Assembly: GCA_023397215.1 (NCBI GenBank)
Contig: JAEWUG010000010.1
Coordinates: forward strand, 1-48,652
Direction: 5' to 3'
DNA from: Nanobdellota archaeon
GTDB taxonomy: Archaea > Nanobdellota > Nanobdellia > Pacearchaeales > GW2011-AR1
Length of the DNA: 48,652 nt
Shown here piece by piece: positions 34,264 through 42,612 of the stretch. The notes beneath the pieces were generated by a model. That model made no database searches. It had not been told where the DNA came from and saw nothing but the letters and a program-made list of their open reading frames with translations. Position 1 is the stretch's first letter, and each line of letters opens with the position of its first letter. The position numbers and the translations under genes are program-made.

Positions 34264-36435
34264 TTATTGATTTTCACTTAAACCTTTTCTAGTTCTAATT
34301 TGAGTAATAATTTTATCTTGAAATTCAATTGGTAATTTCTTAAAACTTTGATTAACTAAACTACTAACACCCCTACCTTCAGTAGTACTTCTTAAATCAC
34401 TTGTCCAACCAATCATTTCACCAACAGGTAATTCTCCTTTAATTGTAACTCCAGAAGTATCTTGTTCAACATCAATTAAATTTCCTCTTTTTTGTGTAAC
34501 CAAAGAAGTAATTGCACCCATAAAATCAACTGGAGCCTCAATTTGATGTGTTTGAACAGGTTCATAGATTACAGGATTTGCTTCTTTCATTGCTAATTTA
34601 ATAGAATCTCTTACAGCAGGATAAACTTGTGCAGGACCTCTATGAATTGCATCTTCATGTAATTTTAAGTCAACTAAACTAACTTTCATCTTTAAACAAG
34701 GCTCTCTAGCTAAAGGACCTGCTTTCATTACTTCTTCAAAAGCATCTAATACTAATTCAATAACTTCACCAATATGAACTTCACCTTTTGTTTTATCTAA
34801 AAATATATTTCCTTGAAAAATATCCCTATATTGGCCTGCTTCTTCTCTACTAATTCCTAAACCTACTAAAGTTTCATCTAAAGTTTTGTCTTTTTTCTTC
34901 ATTCTTCCTTCAGGTAAAACACCTTCACTAATTGCTTTAGAAACACTTTCTTCTAAAGGTTCAACTGTCAAGAAGAAACTATTATGTTTATTTGGAGAAC
35001 GGCCTTCGGCAGGAGTAGAAACTTTTCCAACAGACTCTCTATAAACAATAATTGGAGGACCCATTTGAACATCTAAACCTTTTTCAGTTTTAATTCTATT
35101 TTCAATAATTTCTAAATGTAATTCACCCATACCAGAAATAAGTGATTCACCTGTTTCTTCATTAATTTCAATACGTAAAGAAGGGTCTTCTTTTCCAACT
35201 TGTCTTAATACTTCAATTAATTTTGGTAAATCAGCAGTTCTTTTAGCAGTAATACTCTTAGTAACAACAGGCTCAAATAAATGTGTAATAGCATCAAAAT
35301 GATCTATTGGATGTGTACTAACAGTCTCACCAACAACAACATCTCTTAATCCAACAAGACCAACAATATTTCCAGCAACAACTTCATCTAATTGAATTCT
35401 TTGTGCACCTTTGTAAATTGAAACTTGTTGTGCTCTTACTTTTTTATTTGCAATATTCATAAATAATTCATCACCTTGCTTAATTTTACCAGCAAAAAGT
35501 CTTCCAGCAGCAACCTCACCTGCATGAGGATCAATTACAATCTTAATAGGAACAAATGCAACTTCTCCATCAATATTACAATTAACTAAATCTTTACCAG
35601 CATCAGATTCTAAATCACCATGCCAAATTTTTGGAATTCTATATTTTTGAGCCACTTTAGGATTTGGGTGATGTCTAATAACCATATTTAATATAACTTC
35701 ATGGATTGGAGCTTTTTTTGCTAGAATTTTATAATTTTCTTCACCAGATTCATATGCTTCAATAATTTCTTTAAATGTAATTCCATGTTTTTGCATATAA
35801 GGGACACTTAATGCCCAATTATGAAAAGCACTACCAAATGCAACAGTACCATCAGCAACACCTACTTGCCATTTTTGTTTATATTCATCTTCAGCAATTT
35901 CAGCAATTAAACGATTTACATCATTAATAATCTTAATAAATCTTTTTTGCATTTCTTCAGGAGTTAATTTAACTTCTCGAATTAATCTATCAACTTTATT
36001 AATGAATAAAATAGGTCTAACTCTTTCTTTTAATGCTTGTCTTAAAACAGTTTCAGTTTGAGGCATAATACCTTCACTAGCACAAGAAAGAACAATTGCA
36101 CCATCAACAGCTCTCATTGCCCTTGTTACATCACCACCAAAATCAACATGACCGGGAGTATCAATTAAGTTAATTAAATAATCTTCTCCTTCTAAATGGT
36201 GAACCATAGAAACACTAGCAGAATCTATAGTAATACCTCTTGCTGCTTCATCTTCATGAAAATCTAAACTTCTAGCTTTACCAGCTAAATTTTCACTCAT
36301 CATACCCGCACCTGCAAGTAAATTATCTGAGAAAGTTGTCTTTCCGTGATCAATATGAGCACAGATAGCAATATTTCTAATATGCTCAGGATTTTTTTGT
36401 AACTCTTTTACTTTTGAAGTTAAATCAATAACCAT
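34264..36435 (-). CDS. fusA: translation elongation factor 2 (aEF-2)
   Basis: G motifs 'AHIDHGKTT', 'DTPGH' and 'NKVD'. The diphthamide site 'HEDAIHRG' is present. Confidence 0.97.
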   Translation of the reverse strand: MVIDLTSKVKELQKNPEHIRNIAICAHIDHGKTTFSDNLLAGAGMMSENLAGKARSLDFHEDEAARGITIDSASVSMVHHLEGEDYLINLIDTPGHVDFGGDVTRAMRAVDGAIVLSCASEGIMPQTETVLRQALKERVRPILFINKVDRLIREVKLTPEEMQKRFIKIINDVNRLIAEIAEDEYKQKWQVGVADGTVAFGSAFHNWALSVPYMQKHGITFKEIIEAYESGEENYKILAKKAPIHEVILNMVIRHHPNPKVAQKYRIPKIWHGDLESDAGKDLVNCNIDGEVAFVPIKIVIDPHAGEVAAGRLFAGKIKQGDELFMNIANKKVRAQQVSIYKGAQRIQLDEVVAGNIVGLVGLRDVVVGETVSTHPIDHFDAITHLFEPVVTKSITAKRTADLPKLIEVLRQVGKEDPSLRIEINEETGESLISGMGELHLEIIENRIKTEKGLDVQMGPPIIVYRESVGKVSTPAEGRSPNKHNSFFLTVEPLEESVSKAISEGVLPEGRMKKKDKTLDETLVGLGISREEAGQYRDIFQGNIFLDKTKGEVHIGEVIELVLDAFEEVMKAGPLAREPCLKMKVSLVDLKLHEDAIHRGPAQVYPAVRDSIKLAMKEANPVIYEPVQTHQIEAPVDFMGAITSLVTQKRGNLIDVEQDTSGVTIKGELPVGEMIGWTSDLRSTTEGRGVSSLVNQSFKKLPIEFQDKIITQIRTRKGLSENQ

Positions 36436-36457
36436 AATATTAAAATTGAATAGATGG

Positions 36458-36465
36458 TTTAAAAA
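36458..36465 (-). promoter_or_regulatory. TATA box (TTTTTAAA) for EF-2
   Basis: 23 nt from the ATG at 36435. Confidence 0.45.
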
Positions 36466-36490
36466 GTTTTGGATATCAAAAGACTAAAGA

Positions 36491-36498
36491 TTTAAAAT
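36491..36498 (+). promoter_or_regulatory. TATA box (TTTAAAAT) for the agmatinase-like gene
   Basis: 22 nt from the ATG at 36520. Confidence 0.45.
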
Positions 36499-36519
36499 TT
36501 ACAAATAAATAATCAATTC

Positions 36520-37260
36520 ATGAAAGAAATAATATCTATTCCAAGAATCAATGCATTAGGTCTAAAAGGCCCAGAAAAAACACCTGAAATTTTATTAAAA
36601 AAAATAAATCATACAAAAATCAATACTGAAAACCAAAATATTTCAAGAGATGAAAAAGAAATTTTTAAAAGAATAAAAGAGAGTTTATCAAAAGATAAAA
36701 GAATATTTATATTAGGTGGAGATCATTCAATAACTTATCCATCTGCAAAAGCTTTCTTACAAAAATACAAGCAAAAATCATTTATTATAATCTTTGATGC
36801 ACATGCAGACTGCATGCCTCCAATGAAAGAACCAACTCATGAAGAATTTTTAGCAGGCTTAGTTAAATTTGGTTGGAATCCTAAGAATATTTGCTTAATA
36901 GGTGTTAGAAAAATAGAATCAGAAGAAAAAGAATTTTTAGAAAAGAATAAAATTAAATATTTTAAGACAAAAATTAAAACAGAAGAGATATTAAATTATT
37001 TAAAACAAAAAACAAAAAACAAAAAAGTATACTTCTCAATTGATATAGATGTAATCGACCCTAAATTTGCACCTGCTGTCAATTATCCTGAAAAAAAAGG
37101 ATTAACAAAAAGAAAATTTTTCAAATTATTTAAAAAAATATTAAGTTTAGAAAATTTAAGATTAATAGATCTAGTTGAAATTGTTCTACCAAAAGATAAA
37201 AAAAATAAAACAAAAAGAATATCAAAAAAGATAATATATTTAATTAATCACAGTTTTTAA
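36520..37260 (+). CDS. speB: arginase-family ureohydrolase, probable agmatinase (short form)
   Basis: 'GGDHSITYP', 'FDAHADC' and 'SIDIDVIDPKFAP' Mn-binding motifs. Confidence 0.8.
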   Translation: MKEIISIPRINALGLKGPEKTPEILLKKINHTKINTENQNISRDEKEIFKRIKESLSKDKRIFILGGDHSITYPSAKAFLQKYKQKSFIIIFDAHADCMPPMKEPTHEEFLAGLVKFGWNPKNICLIGVRKIESEEKEFLEKNKIKYFKTKIKTEEILNYLKQKTKNKKVYFSIDIDVIDPKFAPAVNYPEKKGLTKRKFFKLFKKILSLENLRLIDLVEIVLPKDKKNKTKRISKKIIYLINHSF

Positions 37261-38277
37261 TTTAGTATACCCAAAAAAATCAGTAGTATAATTATAAGCT
37301 CCTGCATTAAGAAATACAATTTTATCACCAACTTTAGGATTCTTTAATTTAACATTATACCTAAAAATATCATCTCGAGTAGGAGAATTGCCCTTAATCA
37401 AATAATAATCTCCTTCTTCATTATCATTTAATTCACCCTCGATAATCATCTTAGTTCCAGTTAAAATAGTATCTAAAGCACAATTATATATTGTCGTATT
37501 CAAAATAATATTCTTATCTTGAATTTGAATAATTTCTGTTTCTAATTTTATTGAAGGAGCAGCAATATATCTTCCAGGTTCAATAAATACTTCAACTTGT
37601 CTTTCTTTTAACCATTCAATTGTTTCTTTTAATTTTTTAAAAATATAATTTAAAATATCAGAACTATAACTTTTATATTTTACAGGAAGTCCACCACCCA
37701 AATTAATAAAATCAAGTCTATCAAAAACTTCACTTAAAATAGAATCATTTAATTCAGAGATCATTTCCCATTCAGAAGTATTTTGACTTTTTCTATGAAT
37801 ATGAATTCCAAATTTATCAATAAATTTATTTTCTTTTTCACGAATAATTAATTCATTAACTCTTTTTGAAGGCAAACCATAAACAAAGTATTTTCCAGTA
37901 CCAATCCTATTTTCTTGAAATTTCATACGAATTGAAAGATTTATTTTAATATTCAAACTTTTTGCAACACTTAAAATATTATTAAAATCAATTTCATTAT
38001 CTACTACAAAATTTAGTATACCTTGATGAATTATCCCTTCTAATTCTTCAAAGGATTCTGCTTGTATAAAAAAAATAATTTTAGATTTATCTTTAATCAT
38101 ACAAATTTCATCTTTTGAATGAATAGAAAAAAAAGTTCCTAAATTCAAATTTTGTAGTACATCACCCACTTCATGATTTGTTTTATATGAATAAGAAACA
38201 CTCAAACCCAAATCAAATAAAGACTTCACTTTTTCTTCAACAATATTCCTATTTAAAATAAATTTAGCATTTGTCAT
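37240..38277 (-). CDS. PLP-dependent fold-III (Orn/DAP/Arg) decarboxylase, compact form
   Basis: 'SYSYKTN' (PLP Lys), 'GIHIHRKS', 'NLGGGLPV', 'EPGRYI' and 'NAGAYN'. Substrate not assignable from the sequence. Confidence 0.8.
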   Translation of the reverse strand: MTNAKFILNRNIVEEKVKSLFDLGLSVSYSYKTNHEVGDVLQNLNLGTFFSIHSKDEICMIKDKSKIIFFIQAESFEELEGIIHQGILNFVVDNEIDFNNILSVAKSLNIKINLSIRMKFQENRIGTGKYFVYGLPSKRVNELIIREKENKFIDKFGIHIHRKSQNTSEWEMISELNDSILSEVFDRLDFINLGGGLPVKYKSYSSDILNYIFKKLKETIEWLKERQVEVFIEPGRYIAAPSIKLETEIIQIQDKNIILNTTIYNCALDTILTGTKMIIEGELNDNEEGDYYLIKGNSPTRDDIFRYNVKLKNPKVGDKIVFLNAGAYNYTTDFFGYTKLKTVIN

Positions 38278-38638
38278 TCAATTCAATTCTCGGATTTAAT
38301 TCTCTACAAAACGGAAAATTCTCATTCATATTAATAACTTCTCCACAATAAACATCTAAACTTATCAATGTAGGATCTTTAATAGTATTTCCATCAATAT
38401 CTAATCTTTCCAAACGAATTTTACACTCTAAATAGGGTTTATTCCAATAATATCCTAAAGCTAAATAATTTCCGACCTCTTGCCTTTTTTTATCACATTC
38501 AGTTATTGACATTCCTCTCTGAACAGCTATAGGCATATATGGTCTTGAAACATATTCACTAACCGTACTCCCAAAAGTTGCATGTTCTTGTGGAGTATAT
38601 AAAGAATTAATAGGCTCATTCATAATTTTACCTTCCAT
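38264..38638 (-). CDS. hypothetical 124-aa protein, translationally coupled between deoxyhypusine synthase and the decarboxylase
   Basis: It overlaps the DHS stop by 11 nt (alternative ATG at 38623, 4 nt after the stop). It overlaps the decarboxylase start by 14 nt. Five Cys residues. No family recognised. Confidence 0.6.
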   Translation of the reverse strand: MEGKIMNEPINSLYTPQEHATFGSTVSEYVSRPYMPIAVQRGMSITECDKKRQEVGNYLALGYYWNKPYLECKIRLERLDIDGNTIKDPTLISLDVYCGEVINMNENFPFCRELNPRIELNDKC

Positions 38639-39572
38639 AAATCAATCCCTCAGCTTTCATTTCATCTAAACAAGCACTCATTAATAAAGGAAATACAATA
38701 CTAACATCTCCATTAACTGTCGCAGCTTGACCATCATCTTTTATTTTTCCCCAACTTTTAGCCTCTTGTGTTGTCGCCCCACTTAAAGAACCAGAAGTTG
38801 AATGAGAGGTTGTAAGGTATACTGCATAATCAAAACCACCAGAAAGTAAAGCTGCAAAAATAGCATAATGTTTTGAGATAGAACCACCTAAAGAAATTAA
38901 ACCTTTTTTTTCGTCAAAACTTAAATCAGTTACAATTCTATTCATATCATAAATAGTATCCACAATAAAATCAGGATTCTTTTGTTGAAACATAAACAAT
39001 TGAAATCCAAAAGCAGAATCAACAATTCCAGGACAATAAATAGGAATATTATTTTTAGAAGCTTGATAAAGAATAGAATTCTCATCATCAATTAATAAAC
39101 CTAATTCATAAAGTAACTCTGAAGAAGATAATCTCTTTTTTTTATTATAAATTTGTAAAAGTAATTTTGACATCAAGTCCTCAAACTTCATATAACTTTC
39201 ATTTCTAATTGTTAAATTCCCAACCCTATTCTCACCCCTCTCATGTAATGCATTATCATCTACATAAAAACTTGAAATTTCAAAAGATTCCCCTGTTGAT
39301 TTAATTAGATCTTCCTCAATAGAACCAGATGTTGTAACTAAAATATTTGGTATACCTAAATGACATAACTGAGCAAAAAAACCTCTTAAACCAGATGTAA
39401 CCATATTAGACGTAAAAGTAAGAAAAACTTTAGCTTTATCTCTTTTCATTTTCAGAATAACATTTTTAGCTTCATATAACTCTAAAGCTTGAAAGCCTAA
39501 ATTCCCAAAAGTCTCAACTAATTCAGAAATATTCATTCCTTCTTTCCATAAAAAATCTTTAACTTTTTTCAT
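38628..39572 (-). CDS. dys: deoxyhypusine synthase
   Basis: 'FLTFTSNMVTSGLRG', 'ILVTTSGSIEEDL', 'GGSISKH' and 'EAKSWGKI' (catalytic Lys motif). Confidence 0.93.
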   Translation of the reverse strand: MKKVKDFLWKEGMNISELVETFGNLGFQALELYEAKNVILKMKRDKAKVFLTFTSNMVTSGLRGFFAQLCHLGIPNILVTTSGSIEEDLIKSTGESFEISSFYVDDNALHERGENRVGNLTIRNESYMKFEDLMSKLLLQIYNKKKRLSSSELLYELGLLIDDENSILYQASKNNIPIYCPGIVDSAFGFQLFMFQQKNPDFIVDTIYDMNRIVTDLSFDEKKGLISLGGSISKHYAIFAALLSGGFDYAVYLTTSHSTSGSLSGATTQEAKSWGKIKDDGQAATVNGDVSIVFPLLMSACLDEMKAEGLIYGR

Positions 39573-39720
39573 AATAAAATATAGAAATTAGAGTAAAAAC
39601 TATGCAATTTAAAATAAAATTGGAATAGCCATTACAACATTCATAAAAAATAATATAAAAAAGAGTTTTTAAGATTTATGTTTTAGAAAAATTAATAAAC
39701 TTAATTAAAAGAAAAAGAAT

Positions 39721-40338
39721 ATGAATATTATTTTTATTGGGATTCAAGGTTCAGGAAAAGGAACACAAGCAAAAGAAGTAGCCAAACAATTAAATTTAGT
39801 TCATATTTCTACAGGTGATTTATTAAGAGAACAAAAAGGAAAACTGAAAAAAGAAATAGATAATATAATCAACAAAGGAAAACTTATCCCAGATGAATTA
39901 ATGATAAAATTACTTAAAGAAAAAATAAAAAAAGAAAATAATAAAGAAGGAATAATTTTAGATGGTTTCCCTAGAACAATTCAACAAGCAAAAAAATTAA
40001 CAAAAGAAATTAAAATAGATAGAGTAATAGAAATTAAAATTTCAGATAAAGAATCAATTAAAAGATTAATTAATCGTAGAACATGTGAAAATTGCAAAGA
40101 AGGCTATAACTTAATTACTCAACCAAAACCTAAAAATCCTAAATTCTGTGACAAATGTGGGGGAAACTTAATTCAAAGAAAAGATGATAATTTAGAAGCT
40201 ATTAAACAAAGAATAAAAACATATCATAATCAAACAAAACCAATTTTAGATTATTATAAAGAAAAGATAATAAAAATTAATGGAAAAAAGAAAATAGAAA
40301 AAATTACAAAGAAAATAATTAAAAAAATTAAAAAATAA
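39721..40338 (+). CDS. adk: adenylate kinase, bacterial-type long form with a Zn lid
   Basis: 'IFIGIQGSGKGTQA', 'ISTGDLLRE', 'ILDGFPRT', and the lid 'CENC...CDKCGG'. Confidence 0.93.
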   Translation: MNIIFIGIQGSGKGTQAKEVAKQLNLVHISTGDLLREQKGKLKKEIDNIINKGKLIPDELMIKLLKEKIKKENNKEGIILDGFPRTIQQAKKLTKEIKIDRVIEIKISDKESIKRLINRRTCENCKEGYNLITQPKPKNPKFCDKCGGNLIQRKDDNLEAIKQRIKTYHNQTKPILDYYKEKIIKINGKKKIEKITKKIIKKIKK

Positions 40339-41062
40339 TCTTTTCTTTTATTTCATTTAAGAATTCCTCTTCTAAAAAATGCAATTTTGAAGGAAGAATA
40401 AAACAAAAAGGCAAGTGAATTGAGTTTATATTTCTTAAGGACTCAACAGTTTCATAATAAATTTTTTGTTTATTTGTTCCAGAATTACTAATAACAATAA
40501 ACTTCTCTAAATTAAAGTTTTTTAAATTACAAGATTTTTCAAGTTGTGTTAAAGCATCATCAAATTTTAAGCCAATGTCTATTAATAATAAAGAATGAGC
40601 ATTTATTTTTTTATTTTCAAGAATATAGTCTAAAAAAGAATCAGGTTCATATGACTTTTCCCATTTAGGCATAGAAGAAATTTTACCAAATTTATATAAT
40701 TGTAAACCTGTTTGAGAAATAGATAATAAAATAGATGCATTATGGTAAATTTGATAATCTATTTTATTCTTTTTACAGTCTAAGATAAGAGAACTATGAG
40801 TTGTAGCAGACAAAACATCTCCGTAAACTAATAAAGCAATTTTTTTATTCAAAGCTTTTTTTATTAAAAAATCATTTTCAACATTATTCCTATTTAAAAC
40901 TTCAAAGTCTAAATTTAGTGATTCTTTTAAATTTTCGAGTTCATAAGGAAAATCAACAGTATAACCTTCTAAATAGATTTCATCACATTCATTTAATTTT
41001 TCTCTAGCATCACAACTAATAGAATTTAAGTTTAAACCTAATCCTATTAAATAAAGAGTCAT
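40328..41062 (-). CDS. dphB: diphthine synthase (Dph5/DphB)
   Basis: 'MTLYLIGLGL....IS..A...L..CDEIYLEGYT' N-terminus of the tetrapyrrole-methylase fold; 244 aa. Confidence 0.9.
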   Translation of the reverse strand: MTLYLIGLGLNLNSISCDAREKLNECDEIYLEGYTVDFPYELENLKESLNLDFEVLNRNNVENDFLIKKALNKKIALLVYGDVLSATTHSSLILDCKKNKIDYQIYHNASILLSISQTGLQLYKFGKISSMPKWEKSYEPDSFLDYILENKKINAHSLLLIDIGLKFDDALTQLEKSCNLKNFNLEKFIVISNSGTNKQKIYYETVESLRNINSIHLPFCFILPSKLHFLEEEFLNEIKEKIIF

Positions 41063-41201
41063 AATATATTAATTAAAAAAACCTTTTTAGATTTTTCTAG
41101 TTTTAACACACAATAAACTTTTTAAACCAACATTCCTCTTAAATTATATGCTAAGATTAATTTCTTAGTATAAGACGTTTAACTAAATTAAATATATTAA
41201 T

Positions 41202-42488
41202 ATGGCAAAAGAAAAACCAATAATGAATGTTGTCTTTGTTGGACACGTAGACCAAGGTAAATCTACTACTGTAGGTAGAGTTTTTTATGATGGTGGTGCT
41301 GTGTCTGAACAAGAGATGAAGAAATTCAGAGAAGAAGCAGAAAAACATGGTAAACAAGGTTTTGAATTCGCATATGTAATGGATAACCTTAAAGAAGAAA
41401 GAGAAAGAGGAGTTACAATTAACTTATCTTATAAGAAATTGATGACTCAAAATTATGAGGTTACTATTATTGATGCCCCTGGCCATAAGGATTTTGTTAA
41501 AAATATGATCACAGGTGCTTCACAAGCAGATGCAGCTTTTTTAGTTGTTGGTTGTGAAGATAGTGTTCAACCTCAAACAAAAGAACATGTTTGGTTACTT
41601 AGAACTATGGGTGTAAAAAACTTAGCAGTTTTAATTAACAAAATGGATGTTGTTAAATATGACGAAGCAAGATTTAACAAAACAGTTGAGGAAGTAAAAT
41701 CTGTTGTTCAAAAAGCAGGCTATAAAACAGACAATGTTGTTTTTATCGCTGGTTCAGCTTTAATGGGTGACAATATTGCTAAGAGAAGTGAAAATATGGC
41801 TTGGTATAAAGGACCAACTGTATTAGAAAAAATCGACAAATTTCCTGCACCAGAGAAACCTACAAATTTACCAATGAGAATGCCAATCCAAGATGTTTAT
41901 GATATCACTGGAATTGGTACAGTACCTGTTGGAAAAGTTGAAACTGGAGTAATGAAGGTTGGCCAAAAAATAGTTGTATTACCTGGTAGAAGTGGAACAG
42001 GTGTTCAAGGTGAAGTTCGTTCAATTGAAGCTCATCATGAACAACTTAAAGAAGCTGAAGCTGGAGATAACGTTGGAGTAAATTTACGAGGCGTTGGTAA
42101 AAAAGATATGGCTAGAGGAGATGTTATTTGTGATGCATCAGCTCCTGCAAAAATTGTAGAAGAATTTGAAGCACAAGTAGTAGTTATTAATCACCCAACT
42201 GTAATTGCAAAAGGTTATACACCTGTATTCCATGTTCACACAGCACAAGTTCCATGTCAATTTGTAGAACTAGTTTCAAAATTAGATCCTGCAAGTGGAC
42301 AAGTAATGCAAGAACACCCTGATTTTTTAAAGAATGGGGATGCTGCTATTGTAAAAATTAAGCCAATTGGAAACCTTGTACTTGAAACAGTAAAAGATAA
42401 TCCATACATGGCAAGATTTGCAATCAGAGATGCTGGTGTAACTGTAGCTGCTGGAGTCTGTAAATCTCTTGTAGAAAAGAAAAAATAA
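41202..42488 (+). CDS. tuf: translation elongation factor 1-alpha (aEF-1A)
   Basis: 'GHVDQGKST', 'DAPGHKDF' and 'NKMD'; 428 aa. Confidence 0.97.
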   Translation: MAKEKPIMNVVFVGHVDQGKSTTVGRVFYDGGAVSEQEMKKFREEAEKHGKQGFEFAYVMDNLKEERERGVTINLSYKKLMTQNYEVTIIDAPGHKDFVKNMITGASQADAAFLVVGCEDSVQPQTKEHVWLLRTMGVKNLAVLINKMDVVKYDEARFNKTVEEVKSVVQKAGYKTDNVVFIAGSALMGDNIAKRSENMAWYKGPTVLEKIDKFPAPEKPTNLPMRMPIQDVYDITGIGTVPVGKVETGVMKVGQKIVVLPGRSGTGVQGEVRSIEAHHEQLKEAEAGDNVGVNLRGVGKKDMARGDVICDASAPAKIVEEFEAQVVVINHPTVIAKGYTPVFHVHTAQVPCQFVELVSKLDPASGQVMQEHPDFLKNGDAAIVKIKPIGNLVLETVKDNPYMARFAIRDAGVTVAAGVCKSLVEKKK

Positions 42489-42502
42489 ATTTTTATTTTA
42501 TT

Positions 42503-42542
42503 GGGAATCTTTATTATTTTATTCCCTTATTCTCTTTTTTTT
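42503..42542 (+). terminator. hairpin (GGGAAT-12 nt-ATTCCC) followed by a T8 run, downstream of EF-1alpha
   Basis: Stem arms at 42503-42508 and 42521-42526. T8 at 42535-42542. Confidence 0.45.
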
Positions 42543-42583
42543 ATGAAGAGAAAATGAAAAATAGATACTATTTTTAGAGAATA

Positions 42584-42591
42584 TTTATAAA
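42584..42591 (+). promoter_or_regulatory. TATA box (TTTATAAA) for the giant surface-protein gene
   Basis: 22 nt from the ATG at 42613. Confidence 0.5.
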
Positions 42592-42612
42592 CATAAATAG
42601 ATAGTTATTTGT

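Noticed and set aside
38264-38638. Calling the 124-aa ORF an AdoMet/arginine decarboxylase (SpeH family), based on its length and 'LDVYCGE'.
   Set aside because: The diagnostic Glu-Ser self-processing motif and the 'HT(W/Y)PE' element are not visible, so the resemblance is too local. It is kept only as a hypothesis in the findings.
39573-39720. The longest intergenic spacers (39573-39720, 41063-41201, 42489-42612, 19259-19384) as possible replication origins or ncRNA genes.
   Set aside because: All are under 150 bp and A/T-only, with no ORB-like repeats or stable stems beyond the EF-1alpha terminator hairpin. There is no orc1/cdc6 nearby. They are adequately explained as promoter and terminator regions.
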